Positions 11,950-23,844 of a stretch of DNA of 64,000 nt are shown one piece after another. Source of the DNA: Leucoraja erinacea (taxonomy: Eukaryota); contig NC_073382.1 in the NCBI RefSeq assembly GCF_028641065.1, positions 32,426,001 to 32,490,000 on the forward strand. The letters are read 5' to 3'. Every line of letters begins with the position of its first letter. The stretch's first letter is position 1. The position numbers and the translations under genes are program-made. The notes under the pieces are model-generated. The model saw nothing but the letters and a program-made list of their open reading frames with translations. It did no database searches and was not told the origin of the DNA.

Positions 11950-12675
11950 CTGCCTCCACCACCAGCTCTGTCAGCAAGTCCAACTACTCTTTGTGTTAAA
12001 ACACTTACCTAATGCATCTTCTTTAAATTGTGTCCTTCTCACCTTAAAGCTATGCTCTATGGTCTTTGAAATTTGCACCCTGGGAAATGGATCTGATTGT
12101 CTTCCCTATCTACCCTATAATTTTATATACATCTATCCAGTCTCCCCTCAGCCACCGATGCTCCAGAGAAAACAATCCAAGTTTGATAACCTCCCCTTGT
12201 AGCAAATATCATCTAACCCAAGAAACATTCTGGTAAACTTCTCCTATACCCTCTCCAAAAGCTCCACATCACTCCTATAATGGAATGACCAGAAATGCAC
12301 ACAATACTCCAAATTCAGCCAAATCAAAGTTCTAAAAGTTGCAGTATGATTTCCTGAATCTTAAAGTCAATGCCTGACCAATGAAGACAAGAATACCAAA
12401 CACCTTCTTCAGCACTCTATCAACTTGCTTTGCCATTTTAATGAAGCTGTGGCCTTGGACACTAAGTTCCCTCTGCACATCAATGCTCTAAAGGATATTG
12501 CCATTAATTGTATGCATTCCACTTACATTCAATCTCCCAATATCTCACACTTATTCTAAATAAACTCTACCCACTGTTTGTCCTCAGATTTTAGTAGCTG
12601 ATCTATATTTGACAGCTTTCCTCACTGTTCACAACTCTACCAATTTTGATATTGCCTGCAAACTTACTAACCAAA
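11950..12675 (-). mobile_element. Old degraded CR1 fragment
   Basis: Antisense CR1 RT motifs (gaccagaaatgcacacaatactccaaa; atattgcctgcaaacttacta = SKFAGN). Confidence 0.75.
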
Positions 12676-13232
12676 TGGTTGAATGTTGAAGTCATGTATA
12701 ACGGCATTGGTGTAATTTTGTCCTTATAATGCAAATCTGTTGGGTTTGGAATCTATCCTTTTTTATGTGGTGGATGTTGGTCTCTGTTGGTCTTGCTGAG
12801 AGAAAGGAGGCTTAAACCTCAGCTCCAGGCTCCAAGGCCGCAGAAAGAGGTTGACATTGTGCAGGTGCAGAAATCCTCACACACCACACGAAAGCCAGAC
12901 CAGCCCAGTCAGCACCGACGAGGCAGTAAGGAGGGACTGTTCTGGTCGCAGGTGTAAAAGTCCAGAAAGATTTACTCCCATTTGCTGGCATGCAGCAGTT
13001 CCTGGCAGGTTGCCAGCCACATTGTGGGAGCTGGGCAGTATGCTGATAAAACTGCACTCAGTCCCAAAAAATACCGCAACTTTAAAATAGGTTTCTGCAC
13101 CATTGCAGCGATACACAAGGATGTTTAAATGTATCGCTGTGCCTCCTCCGAATTCCCCAAAATATATTTAAAGCAGTTATCTCTGAATCTGGATGGGAGC
13201 TCCAAATCACCACACTGCCTCATGTAACTAGC

Positions 13233-13601
13233 TTTTTTTATAAATCAAAAATATTTCTTCAAACATTAAAATAGTATTTACACCACAATAACATAAAACA
13301 GAACCCACCACCATAGTACAAGACAAAACAAATATACCAAGTAAACTACAAAACAATTATATTAGAATCCTTGTCCAGGATACACTCAACCCCCCCTCGG
13401 TGCCCAACGGTCCCGGAAATCCCCCAGGGTGCCCGTGGACAGCGTGTAGTCCCTCTCCAGTACCACCTGGGTGCGGACATAACCCTGGAAAAGGGGCAGG
13501 CATCTGGCTCTGGCAGAGCCCTCTTCTACCTGGCGCCGTGACTCGCGGATGTCCAGCTTGGCCAGGCCCAGGAGCAACCCTACCAGGACATCTTCAGCCC
13601 A
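13233..13601 (-). mobile_element. L1/Tx1-clade LINE 3' end, copy 1
   Basis: LLGLAKLDI...FQGYVR...FRDRWAP ORF2 C-terminus, polyA tail (T run at 13233), TSD tca(c/t)gtaac(c/t)agc. Confidence 0.8.
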
Positions 13602-13614
13602 TCACGTAACCAGC

Positions 13615-13986
13615 TTTTATTTTTTTTTATCAAAAAATTTATTCAATTATTAAAAAATAATATTTACACTACAATAAAACAAGCCAGAACCCACCGCCAT
13701 AAATACAATACAAACATATATCCATAATAAACTATTATACAATTATGATACAATCCTTATTGAGGATACATTCAACACCCTGCGGAGCCCAGCGGTCCCG
13801 GAACTCCCTCAGGGTGCCCGTGAACAGGCCGTATTCCCTTTCTAACCGCACCCGGGCACGGACGTATCCCCAGAAAAGGGGCAGGCAGCTGGTTCGGGCA
13901 GAGCCATCCACCGCCTGGCGCCTTGACTGACAGATGGCCAGCTTGGCCAGGCCCAGGAGCAACCCTACCAGGACATCTTCAGCCCA
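13615..13986 (-). mobile_element. L1/Tx1-clade LINE 3' end, copy 2
   Basis: LLGLAKLAICQSRRQAV...FRDRWAPQG, polyA tail at 13615-13628. Confidence 0.8.
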
Positions 13987-13989
13987 TCA

Positions 13990-14400
13990 CGTAACCAGCT
14001 TGGAATGGATGATGGTATTAAACACCAAGCTGTAGTCTATGAACAACAGCCTGACGTACGAGTTTTTGTTGTCTTAGTGGTCCAGAGCGTAGTGGATAGC
14101 CAGTGAGATCACATCCACCTGTTGTGGCAGTATGCGAACTGCAGTGGGTTGAGGTTCTTGTCAAGGTAGGAGTTGATATGCGCCATAGTCAACCTCTCAA
14201 AGCACTTCATCACCACAGACATTAGTACCACTGATCAATAGTCATTGAGGTATGTCACCTTGCTCTTCTTGGGCACCGGTATTATTGATGCCCTTTTAAA
14301 GCAGGTGGGAACGTCAGACCTCAGAAGTGAGAGGTTGAAAATGTCCGCAAAAACTCCCGCCAGTTGGTCTGCACAGGTTTTGAGAACACGACCGGGTGTT
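13990..14400 (-). mobile_element. Rex1/Babar LINE RT fragment
   Basis: Antisense translation includes [28 protein letters not shown] and VRLLFIDYSLVFNTII. Confidence 0.88.
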
Positions 14401-15425
14401 CAAGGATAAGCAGATAGCAACAGACTGTCTCTTGTAATTGAAGGATTGAAAATGATGAACCTAAATAAAGATCAGAGATTAACAGATAACAGCAGAAATT
14501 TTGGGCTGCTATGGTATGAATTTAATATATAGATTGAGGGATCATATTGTGCAAAGATGTACAAGGTCAGCATTACACCTCATCACAGTCTAGTTAACCA
14601 AATCCACTTTGTTTCATCATTAATTAACGTTTGACAAATAAATTCTGGTCACAGTTACAGATTTAATTTGGGAAACTGAGCAAGATGATCCTTTCTTTTT
14701 AATCTCTTTGTATGGCCCAATCATTCTGATAATTTTATTTGTAACCGGTGAAGCAAATTGTGGAAACCCAAGGTATTTTGGAAACCAAGACATTTCCCAT
14801 GCCTTACGCAATTTCCGTGAAATATCAGTGCAGCTGAGTGATATAAGTTTATCTCATTTGTAGTATGTTTGATTTGCATCTGATCCACATTTCATCATGG
14901 GAGGCTAACATCAGAAGATGCACCAACTTCAAACATACAATTAAATATTGTTTTCAAATACGCTCAATTTCATTGCCATAGGCCGAAAATCTATTGTAGT
15001 AACATATAAATTGCAATTAGCCATTCATGATTCATAATTTAATCATTATTTATTTATATAATTATACACCTCAGCTCTTCTATAAAAAGGCATTGCAACC
15101 TCCAATTTAATCACAAGTGGCAGATGTCAACTGTTATTTAAAGGCAGAGACATTTTTTGCTTGTGAAGTTAGTATTTAATTGCTGTGTTTCTGTCTGGAC
15201 GTGACTTTCAATGCATCATTGATTGAAATCACCCATGGATTGCAGGTTTCAGGTAATGAGCAAGCACAAGGTAGCTTGTTAGCCAAATGTGGATTAGCCA
15301 AGGATCACAGGAAACAAGATACTGTGAAAATCATTTAACAACAGATAATTAGATTCATGTTTGTGATTTTCAGGTAATGGAGTAAACAAAATTAACAGGC
15401 AAAGGAGCCTCATTGAGTAAAGTTT

Positions 15426-15782
15426 GTCATAAGTTCATGTGATAGGAGCAGAATTAGGCCATTTGGCTCATAAAGTCTGCTCCGCCATTCAATCATGGCT
15501 GATCTATCTCTCCCTCCTAATCCCATTCTCATGCCTTCTCCCCATAACCCCTGACACCCGAACTAATGAAGAATCTATCTATCTCTGCCTTAAAAATATA
15601 CATTGACTTGGCCTCCACAGCCTTCTGTGGCAAATATTTCTACAGATTCATACTAACTAAAGAAATCCTTCCTCAAGGAATGTTATTTAATTCTGAGGCT
15701 ATGACCTCTAGTTCAAAACCCTCCCACTTGTGGAAACATCCTCTCCACGTCCACTCTATCCAAGCTTTCCACTATTCGGTGA
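15426..15782 (-). mobile_element. CR1 3' end
   Basis: ccgccattcaatcatggctgatct and ggcctccacagccttctgtgg, shared with other CR1 3' UTRs in this window. Confidence 0.85.
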
Positions 15783-15976
15783 ATTGTGAATTATCTTCTG
15801 TGTAAAAAAGCATGAGAGGAGTCAATCAGGTAGATGTACAAAGTTTATTATCCAGTGAAGGTAAATCAAGGACATTGCTTGCCTTCATTTGAAACCCATC
15901 TTTTTTTCAGACTGGTGTGTGAAGTAAAACAACAGATAGGTGTCAGAGAAGGACTACTGAGAATGTTTATATGTAC

Positions 15977-16280
15977 GATAGAGTCATAGAGTGATACAGT
16001 GTGGAAACAGGTCCTTTGGCCCAACTTCCCCACACCGACCAACATGTCCCAGCTATACTAGTCCCACCTACCCACATTGGCCTGTATCCCTCCAAACCTG
16101 CCCTATCCATGCACCTGTCTAATTGTTTCTTAATTATTGGGACAGTCCCTGCCTCAATTACTTCCTCCAGCAGCTTGATCAATACCCACCTCCCCCCCAC
16201 CCATTGTGTGAAAAAGGTACCCCTCAGATTACTATTAAATCTTTTCACCTTCACCTTAAATCTATGCCCCCTTGTCCTCA
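15977..16280 (-). mobile_element. CR1 3' end
   Basis: ORF 15967-16281 reads RTRGHRFKV...RGTFFTQ. Tail ctgtatcactctatgactctat. Confidence 0.85.
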
Positions 16281-16429
16281 ATCAACTGGTTACAATCTTC
16301 AATTACTTCTTCAGCCTCTCACTTCAATAGTTAATTTTATCCTAATGGTTTCAGGAAACCTCCATCATTCCTGTCCCCCCCAAAAAAAGCAAATTGATCT
16401 GGCTCAATGACTATTGCCCAATATTATAG

Positions 16430-16590
16430 AGTATGCTATCTCTCTTCCACTGCACTCAGCTCTAAATCACTTTGACAATATGAACATCTATGGTAGAATG
16501 TTATCTATTGACTATAGCTCAACCTGCTAAAACATAATTCTGAATAAGGCCATCTCTGAACTTCTGGAACTTGGCCTTGGCGCCTCCATT
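16430..16590 (+). mobile_element. Degraded Rex1 RT fragment
   Basis: AISLPLHSALNHFDNMNIYGRMLSIDYSS...ELLELGL, matching the Rex1 RT region. Confidence 0.65.
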
Positions 16591-16689
16591 TCAGGGCTTC
16601 AAGACTTCTTGCTTTTGTTGCTGCCAAGAGAGATGTTGGAAGATTTGATTCTGCAGCTGCAAAATTATGGTCTCCCAATGGGCTGCGGC

Positions 16690-17378
16690 AATGCCTGACA
16701 ACAAGCCTCACTCCCTGCCTCGGTAACGAGATCCGCCCCGTAGAGTAGCCGCCGAGCTCGGCCTCTGCTCACCCCATGCACCAGAGAGGAGAGAGTCGGA
16801 CAGAGGGCCGGTAAGCAGACTGGCGGCAGGAAGCAGTGCAGGGCTTCAACAGTAGAGAGGGCCACAGGAGGCCCTGCAGCAGCCTGGGACTCGGCCCTGT
16901 GGCCTGTCAAGCCGCATTTGTATCGCAACTGCAGGCCCGGCTCACCTAAAGAGGGAAGGCTGCCGAGCCCAGTCCCTGCTCACCCTGTGGATCTGGATTT
17001 AGAGAGGGGGTGGAAGGAGACAGCACGGCGGCGGACACTGGACAAAGGGCCCGGTGAGAGGAACCGGGGCTGTCTTACTTTCCATGTCTTCTAGGTTTGC
17101 TGCGGGAGGCGATCCCCAGGGAATGAAGGCTGAAGAGGGCCAAGCATGGAGTGGGACATCAGATTGAGGAACAACTGGAAAGGAGGCAACGGCTGGAGCT
17201 AGGACTGTGAAATGGTACCAAAATGGTGCCTCTTGCATATGGACTCGGTGGGCTATGTGCATACTGTACTAAATGGGGTGATTGTGGTTATTTACAGGAA
17301 TGGTCTTGCTGAGCTGTATGCAAAAAATGTATTTCACTTTATTTAGTACACGTGACAATAAAAAAAAACATTGACCAT
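16690..17378 (+). mobile_element. GC-rich non-autonomous element (copy E) with a Rex1-type tail
   Basis: GC-rich body without coding homology, ending gtatttcac...cacgtgacaataaa. 5' boundary is uncertain. Confidence 0.55.
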
Positions 17379-18389
17379 TCCCTTCCAAAATGCACAGTGT
17401 GCTGCAAGTGAGAGTACTTTTTCAAGCACTTGGCTCCTGCACTAGTCAGTAAATTGTTATCTCTGTGATGAGGTCACTGCTAGTACTGCATGACTGGGGG
17501 ATTTAGCATAAGTATAGCAAACCATTGAGGAATGTTGGGGACCTCATGGCAAGTAGCAATATTATGCCAATCAGTGAAGAATTTATTCACACAGAATCCC
17601 CAGCAACACGACAACATTGCTGGACTTCTTCGACAACAACAATGCATTCACTGATATGGGTTTTCAAAAACAGTCAGCGTATGAATATGTGATGCACTGC
17701 CAGACTAACATCCAGCCATATTGTGCTCCAGTCTAGGTGTCAGTAATGAAAAGCTTTCCTGTCACAGAGGTTCATTCCAGCTGGTGCAATATACAAGACG
17801 AAAGAGTCAGTTTAAGAACAGTATTACCAGAGACATGATTTTTGATGTACTTTTATACTGGTCCTGCTATTAGCTGGTAGTTGACTGTCTTCAATAAAAT
17901 ATGTTTTGTTGGTAGCACCAGGTAGATTGGATTGTAAATTCAAATGGTGGAACAATAAAGCAACATCATTAAAGATGATGATAATCTGGCTGGTATATGA
18001 TCCAATTTTTATATCAGATATCTTTTTGGAAATCTGCCATCCTCACTCATTGTTTTCTACAGATCTGAAGAAACACTATGACCTTAAAACATTATTCCTG
18101 TTTCTCTTTCCACTGATTATTACTGACATGTTGCGAATTTCTAATATTTTTTCTTTTAGTTTCATAAGTGGATTCTTAATCGATGATTGTATAGTTATTT
18201 TCTCATAATTATTCACATTTTAGGATACGGATGTTATTGGTATGACCAGCATTTACTTCCCAACTCTAATTGTTCTTGAATGGGCAGTGGTGAATTCCAG
18301 CAATTCTTCAGGTAAAAATACAAATACAATACTGTTAAGAAGGATGTTTTGGGACATAGATCCCTTGATGATGTAGAATCAGTGTTAAA

Positions 18390-20230
18390 GAGTCATGGAA
18401 TGTTTAACATAGAAACAGGCATGGAAACATCAGCTTAGCGCATCCATGCTGAATGTCATGCCTATCAATGCTAATCAAACCTACCTATATTAATTCTATA
18501 TATCTCATTGTGTTGCTAATTTAAGTACCTGTCTAGCTGCCTCTTACATATCATTAGTGTTTCTGCCTCCACAATCTTCTCAGGTAACTCATTCTAGAAA
18601 CCAACTATTCTTTGTGTGAAAAATGTGCTCCACAAATTCCCTATAATCTTGCTCCCTCTTATGTTAAATTGATGCCCTTTAATTTTGGACATGCCTACCA
18701 AGGGAAACACATGATGGTTATCTACCATATCTACGTGCCTCTTCACTTTATATAATACCTCTGTCATGCCGCTCTCAGCCTACACTTCTGCGAAAACAGA
18801 CCCAGTCTATCCAATCTGTCCTGATAACACAAGCCTTTTGATCAAAGCAACATCCTTGTGAATATTTGATGTACCTACTCTTTATTAATCACATCTATCC
18901 TGCACGTTCTGGTGTAGTGACTAGAACTGCACTTAATACTCCAAACACAGGTAAAGCAACAATTTGTACAACTGTAACACTATCTCAACTCCTCTCCTCA
19001 ATGTTTTGGCTGATGAAGAGATGCATGCCAAACTTGTCAAATACCTTTCTCAGCTCCATGCCTACCACTGTTGACATTTTCAGCAACATATGTACTTGTA
19101 TCCAAGGTCTTTCTTTGAACTGTGCTACCCAGAGCCATATCATTCACATGTATGTCCTATCTTAGTTTAAACGTCCAAAATGCATCACTTTGTACTTGTC
19201 TGAGTTACAGTAAATTCATTCAGTTATTTGCTTGCCCATTTTCCCAATTTATCTATATCCTGCTGTAACTTTGGACAATCTTCTTCATTGTCCACTGCAC
19301 CACCAAACTCAGACTTTTGCAAACGTACTAATCACACTACCCACATTCTCATCCAAATCGATATTACTAAATCTCTGATCTTGACCGCTTTTGGCCGACT
19401 CTACTGCGATTTCCGAGAGAACGCCACCACCTACGGCCATCATTTTTGGCCACCTCGCTCAAAGCCACCCTCCACCGTATGAGTGTGGAGGATTTGGTCC
19501 GTCGATGGAAAATGAGAGATATATTAATGTTTTTACAAAATTCCCCATTCTCTCTGCTGCCCCCCGCTGGTGGCAGGGGGAGGGACTATAAAACCAGGAA
19601 GTGTCATGCCTCTCCCAGTCTCTGCCTGGCCAGGAAGCAAGAAGGTCATGGCTCTCTGATCTGCGAATAACACTGAACGCACGTCTACTCCATGGTGAGT
19701 CCCCTCGATGCGCTGTAAAGTGGCTGCAGCCCTTTTTAACAAGTTTGTGTTCACAAAATGAATTTTGGTTTTCGGGTGTCTGCAGACCAATTGTTTGCCT
19801 TGCCTTTTTTTAACAAGTTTGTGTTCACAAAATGAATTTTGGTTGTCGGGTGGCTGCAGCCCAATTGTTTGCCGTGGCAAATATTGGAATTGGTGGAGGT
19901 GGAATATTGCGTTGGTGACCAGCCCTCCCATATGATTCTGGGACCCAACGGGTCCCACTTAGTCTAGGGTCATTAATATAGATGACAAACAGCAGAGGAC
20001 CCAGCACCAATACCTTGATTCAACCAATTATAGGCCACAAATCCAAAAAGCAGCCCCCCACTAACAAGTCCTTCCTCCTCCCACCAAGCCACTTTTGAAT
20101 CCAATTGGTTAGCTCTTTCTAGATACCATGTGCTCCAACCGTCCAGACCAGTCTATAACAGGGGACTTTGTTAAAGGCCTGGCTAAAGCTCATGTAGATA
20201 ACATCAATCATCTGCCCTATCAATCAATAT
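18390..20230 (-). mobile_element. Old degraded CR1, interrupted by a Helitron-like element
   Basis: CR1 tail at 18390-18480. The RT sequence catccaaa|tcattaatatagatgacaaacagcagaggacccagcacc resumes across the insertion. Confidence 0.75.
19358..19967 (+). mobile_element. Non-autonomous Helitron-like element
   Basis: Starts TC after an A. Ends with hairpin GGGACCC-aac-GGGTCCC (19940-19956) then CTAG (19964-19967). No TSD. Internal ~38-bp direct repeat. Confidence 0.85.
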
Positions 20231-22594
20231 TGTAAGGCATAATTTCACATAGGTACTGTCATGTACACTTACTTTGAACACCTTATTTTGGTTAGTCTGT
20301 TATAGTACTCTAATACGTTTTTGCGCCACTCAGATTTCATACTCCAATCTTGGACAATCTGTTGGTTCAGCTGTTTTTTTCATTTATTGTATTTATCATT
20401 ATGGTATACTTCATGTGAACATGGAATTTCATTGCACCCTGGTGCATATGGCAATAAACAAATTTAATCTAATAAAAGCCACATCTCTTATCAGTCATTT
20501 GCGTTTCCAAATCAAATAATCCCGTCTCTCCTAGATCTCCAATGTCCCTAGTTTTCTGAGTGATCCCTAGTTCTAGAATCTCCAAAAAAGATTTTCAAAT
20601 GCTGCCATGACTCCTCAGGATCGAGTATAGTCTAATCAAGTCCCTTCTCACTTTTCCATACTACAGCAAATACATGCTCAGCCAGTTCAACCTTTCCTCT
20701 TAAGGCAACCCATTCCAGGTACCACTTTAGTCAACCTTCCCTGAACTGCATCCAATGCATTGATATCTTTACACAAATTAGGAAACTAACACTATATGCA
20801 ATGTGTAAGATGTGGTTTAACAAACCTCCTGTACTTCAATTACTCTAGCAATAAGTAATAATATTTTGTTAGCTTTCCAAATTACTTGCTGCACTTGTCT
20901 TTTGCAAGTAATGTACTGCAACACCAAGAATACTCTGTGCCTCAGAGGTAATTAATCTTTAACTATTATACAATATGTATTTTTATAATGTTTTACCAAA
21001 ATTAGCACTTTCACTTTTCTCATATTAAAAATTGATTTTCCAGTCCCTTACATCCCTTTGTAGCCTCCTTCAGAACTAACGTTGTGACCTGTTTTAGTGA
21101 TATCATCAAAGTTAGAAACCACACCCTGGTGCCTTCAGCAACTTTCAATGCAGCACACCACTCATTACACCATGCAAAGCAGAGATAGATCAATGTATTC
21201 ATCCTCACTGCTTCCTGACACTGTGGGCTATTGCTTTCCACAATAACCCACCTCCAGTTTAAATTCCAGTTGGAATATTTTGGAGGACCCAAGAACCAAG
21301 AACCCTTGATGCAGCACATTAATAAATGTCCTGAAATCCAACGGACATTTAATAATGTAATTTTATTATTGCACACTGATCTCTTTATCCCCGAGATATT
21401 ATTTCTTTAAAGAATTCCAGTTTTACCTTGTCTGATTATTTTGAAGTTTGATTAAAAGCCATGCCGTAAGATTTTTAACAACATTTTCAAACATTTCCCC
21501 ATGACAGATGGTAAGCCAAGCTGTTCTGAAACGATTCCATTTAGCTTGATTGTTGTGCCACACAATACAGTATAAATATTCTTGGTGTAACCCCAGAAAT
21601 TTGTTTTCATAAAGGCTGTGCAATCATATCTTCCATCAATGCTGTATTGAACAGATTCATCTACTATAGGTTCCTTGGTGTGCATGAGATCAATAGCTTT
21701 ATTCTTCATGTTGTTACACTCACCACCTGCCACAGAACCGTCTGGCATTTATGACCTTCAGGATCAGTTTAGTCAGTGGTGCTGCTAACTATTCACCTTT
21801 TGTATTGATATTGAAGACCCCCATCCACAGCAGATAGCTTTTATCTTGTTTATTTTATTCCCCAAGTCTTGTTTCTGTCTATGACTGCTTGGTCATCTTC
21901 TGAGAGAGGATAATAGAACATAATTTGGAAATATTATTTGACAATGCTTGACCTTTTTCCCTTGGGGATTTTTTTTGAGATGTGGAGTCAACATTGACAC
22001 TCTCTGACCTTCTCCTGCTTATTTTAAACAACTGTGTCCTGAGACATATCCAATGATTGTGATGGAACATGGAATGGAAAATATAGTTCTGTATGTCTTC
22101 AGCTTGATGAATCTTTGGGACAAGATACCTAATATAGAGAATGATTCCTGAATGTTTGTAAGGAAAGGTTGCAGGGTTGACTGGCATGGGAGCACTGCAA
22201 CAAATAGAAGGATGCAACATATAATAGTAAGATTAAACGAGAACTTACCAGTTCGAAGTTTGATCTGTATTTTATGAGGAGTTACGATGAGGGATTACGT
22301 GAAGAACCCGTCCAGCATGCATGCGCGACATACTTCAAAGCTGCGGTGTGGAATCACAGAAGACACAATAATTGAAATAAACATAGTAACGAAAAAGAGA
22401 ACTTAAATACCAGTTGATCTCTATAATTGAAGGTTGGGAGCGGAGGGCACGCAATCCATCATCGTAACTCATCATAAAATACAGATCAAACTTCAAACTG
22501 GTAAGTTCTTCGTTTAATCTTACTATTTTACTTAGGTCACGTGAGTGACTACGTGAAGATTTTAAAACTCTGTGATTTCAAACCGTGTAACAGT

Positions 22595-23738
22595 TCATAC
22601 TTCATTTGATGCTGAAGTCATTCGAGGGAGAAAGTATGTTATTGTAATCAACCATGAATCTGTTTGTAAAACAATAATGGTGTTATTAACAATAACAAGA
22701 CCAAAATGCTCCCCTGGGCTTAAATTATATATTTGCAGTTTATAATACTTTTTCTGCAAATGATACAGGTTCTGCCAGCGGCTTGTTATAAAAGTTTGGA
22801 ACGTATACTCCCTAGACCACCCCGCTGTAGCCAGGATGTGGTCCATAGGCACGTCCATCTTCTTAGCCACCGATGTGGATGCTGCCCTGGTGGAGTGAGA
22901 TTTATACACGTTAGTATTTATTCCAGCAGCTCCCAGTACTTGCTTGAGCCACTTGAGATAGTTTGGCTCGTCACCCGACCATGAGGTTTCTTGTGGCTGA
23001 CCCATAAGGCTTTTTCTCTCCCTCGGGGATTTCTTATTGTGTCGATGTAATTCAATAAGTGGGTCATGACACATAACCGTGGTTCAGGTGGGTATGCCCA
23101 GAATTCCATGACTGGACCTGATGTTCCTGGTCTGCTCTATTTGACCAGCCCCTGAATGGTAAATGTGACATGGTCCGGTGTTATAACCATATTCTCCAAC
23201 CGTAGTAGATGGAGGAACTAGACTCTTTGTGCTGAGATAAGTGACATCAGCATGACCGTCTTCAGGGTAGGCTGTTCCAGGGTGAGGGACCTGGCTGGTG
23301 ACCATCCCCTAAGGTATGTCAGGACCACACTGACATCCCAGATTTGGGTGTACCTAGGTCTGGGGGATTAGAGTTAAATATGCCTCTCCTGAGTTTGATC
23401 ACCAGCGGGTGGTACCCTATGGCCTGTTGTCCTGGTGCCTGAGTTAAATAGGCTGACAGAGCACTTCTGGCTGTATTAATGGCGCTGTAGCCGAGTCCTT
23501 CATTGTGGTGCAGACCTGCCAGGAACTCCAGTACAGGTTTTGTTGTAGTTGAATATGTAGTTCCTGTATTTGAACAGTAACTTCCCACTTCTTGATGTTC
23601 GCCAAGTATAGTTCCCTTGTGGATATGCGATGGGATGCTGTCATTGTGTCGATATTGCTGTCTGACAAATCCAGGCCCAGCAGTGGTCTTTCCAATTCTG
23701 CAACCCAGGCCCAGCAGTGGTCTTTTCAAAATCTGCAA
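22595..23738 (-). pseudogene. Tyrosine recombinase of the DIRS element (frameshifted)
   Basis: ORFs 23319-23738, 22918-23109 and 22595-23074 join into a phage-integrase-family protein with the HSTR box. Confidence 0.88.
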
Positions 23739-23844
23739 CCCAGTAGTTTAATTTATTGTGGCATGGGTGGCTTATGCCTGCTACTGGGTGAGTTGATAAG
23801 TCTGGGCTACTGGGAAAATCATTAGGGTTTTATTGACCATGTTG

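Noticed and set aside
23670-23745. 34-bp tandem duplication in the DIRS element
   Set aside because: Ordinary slippage-type decay with no independent function evident.
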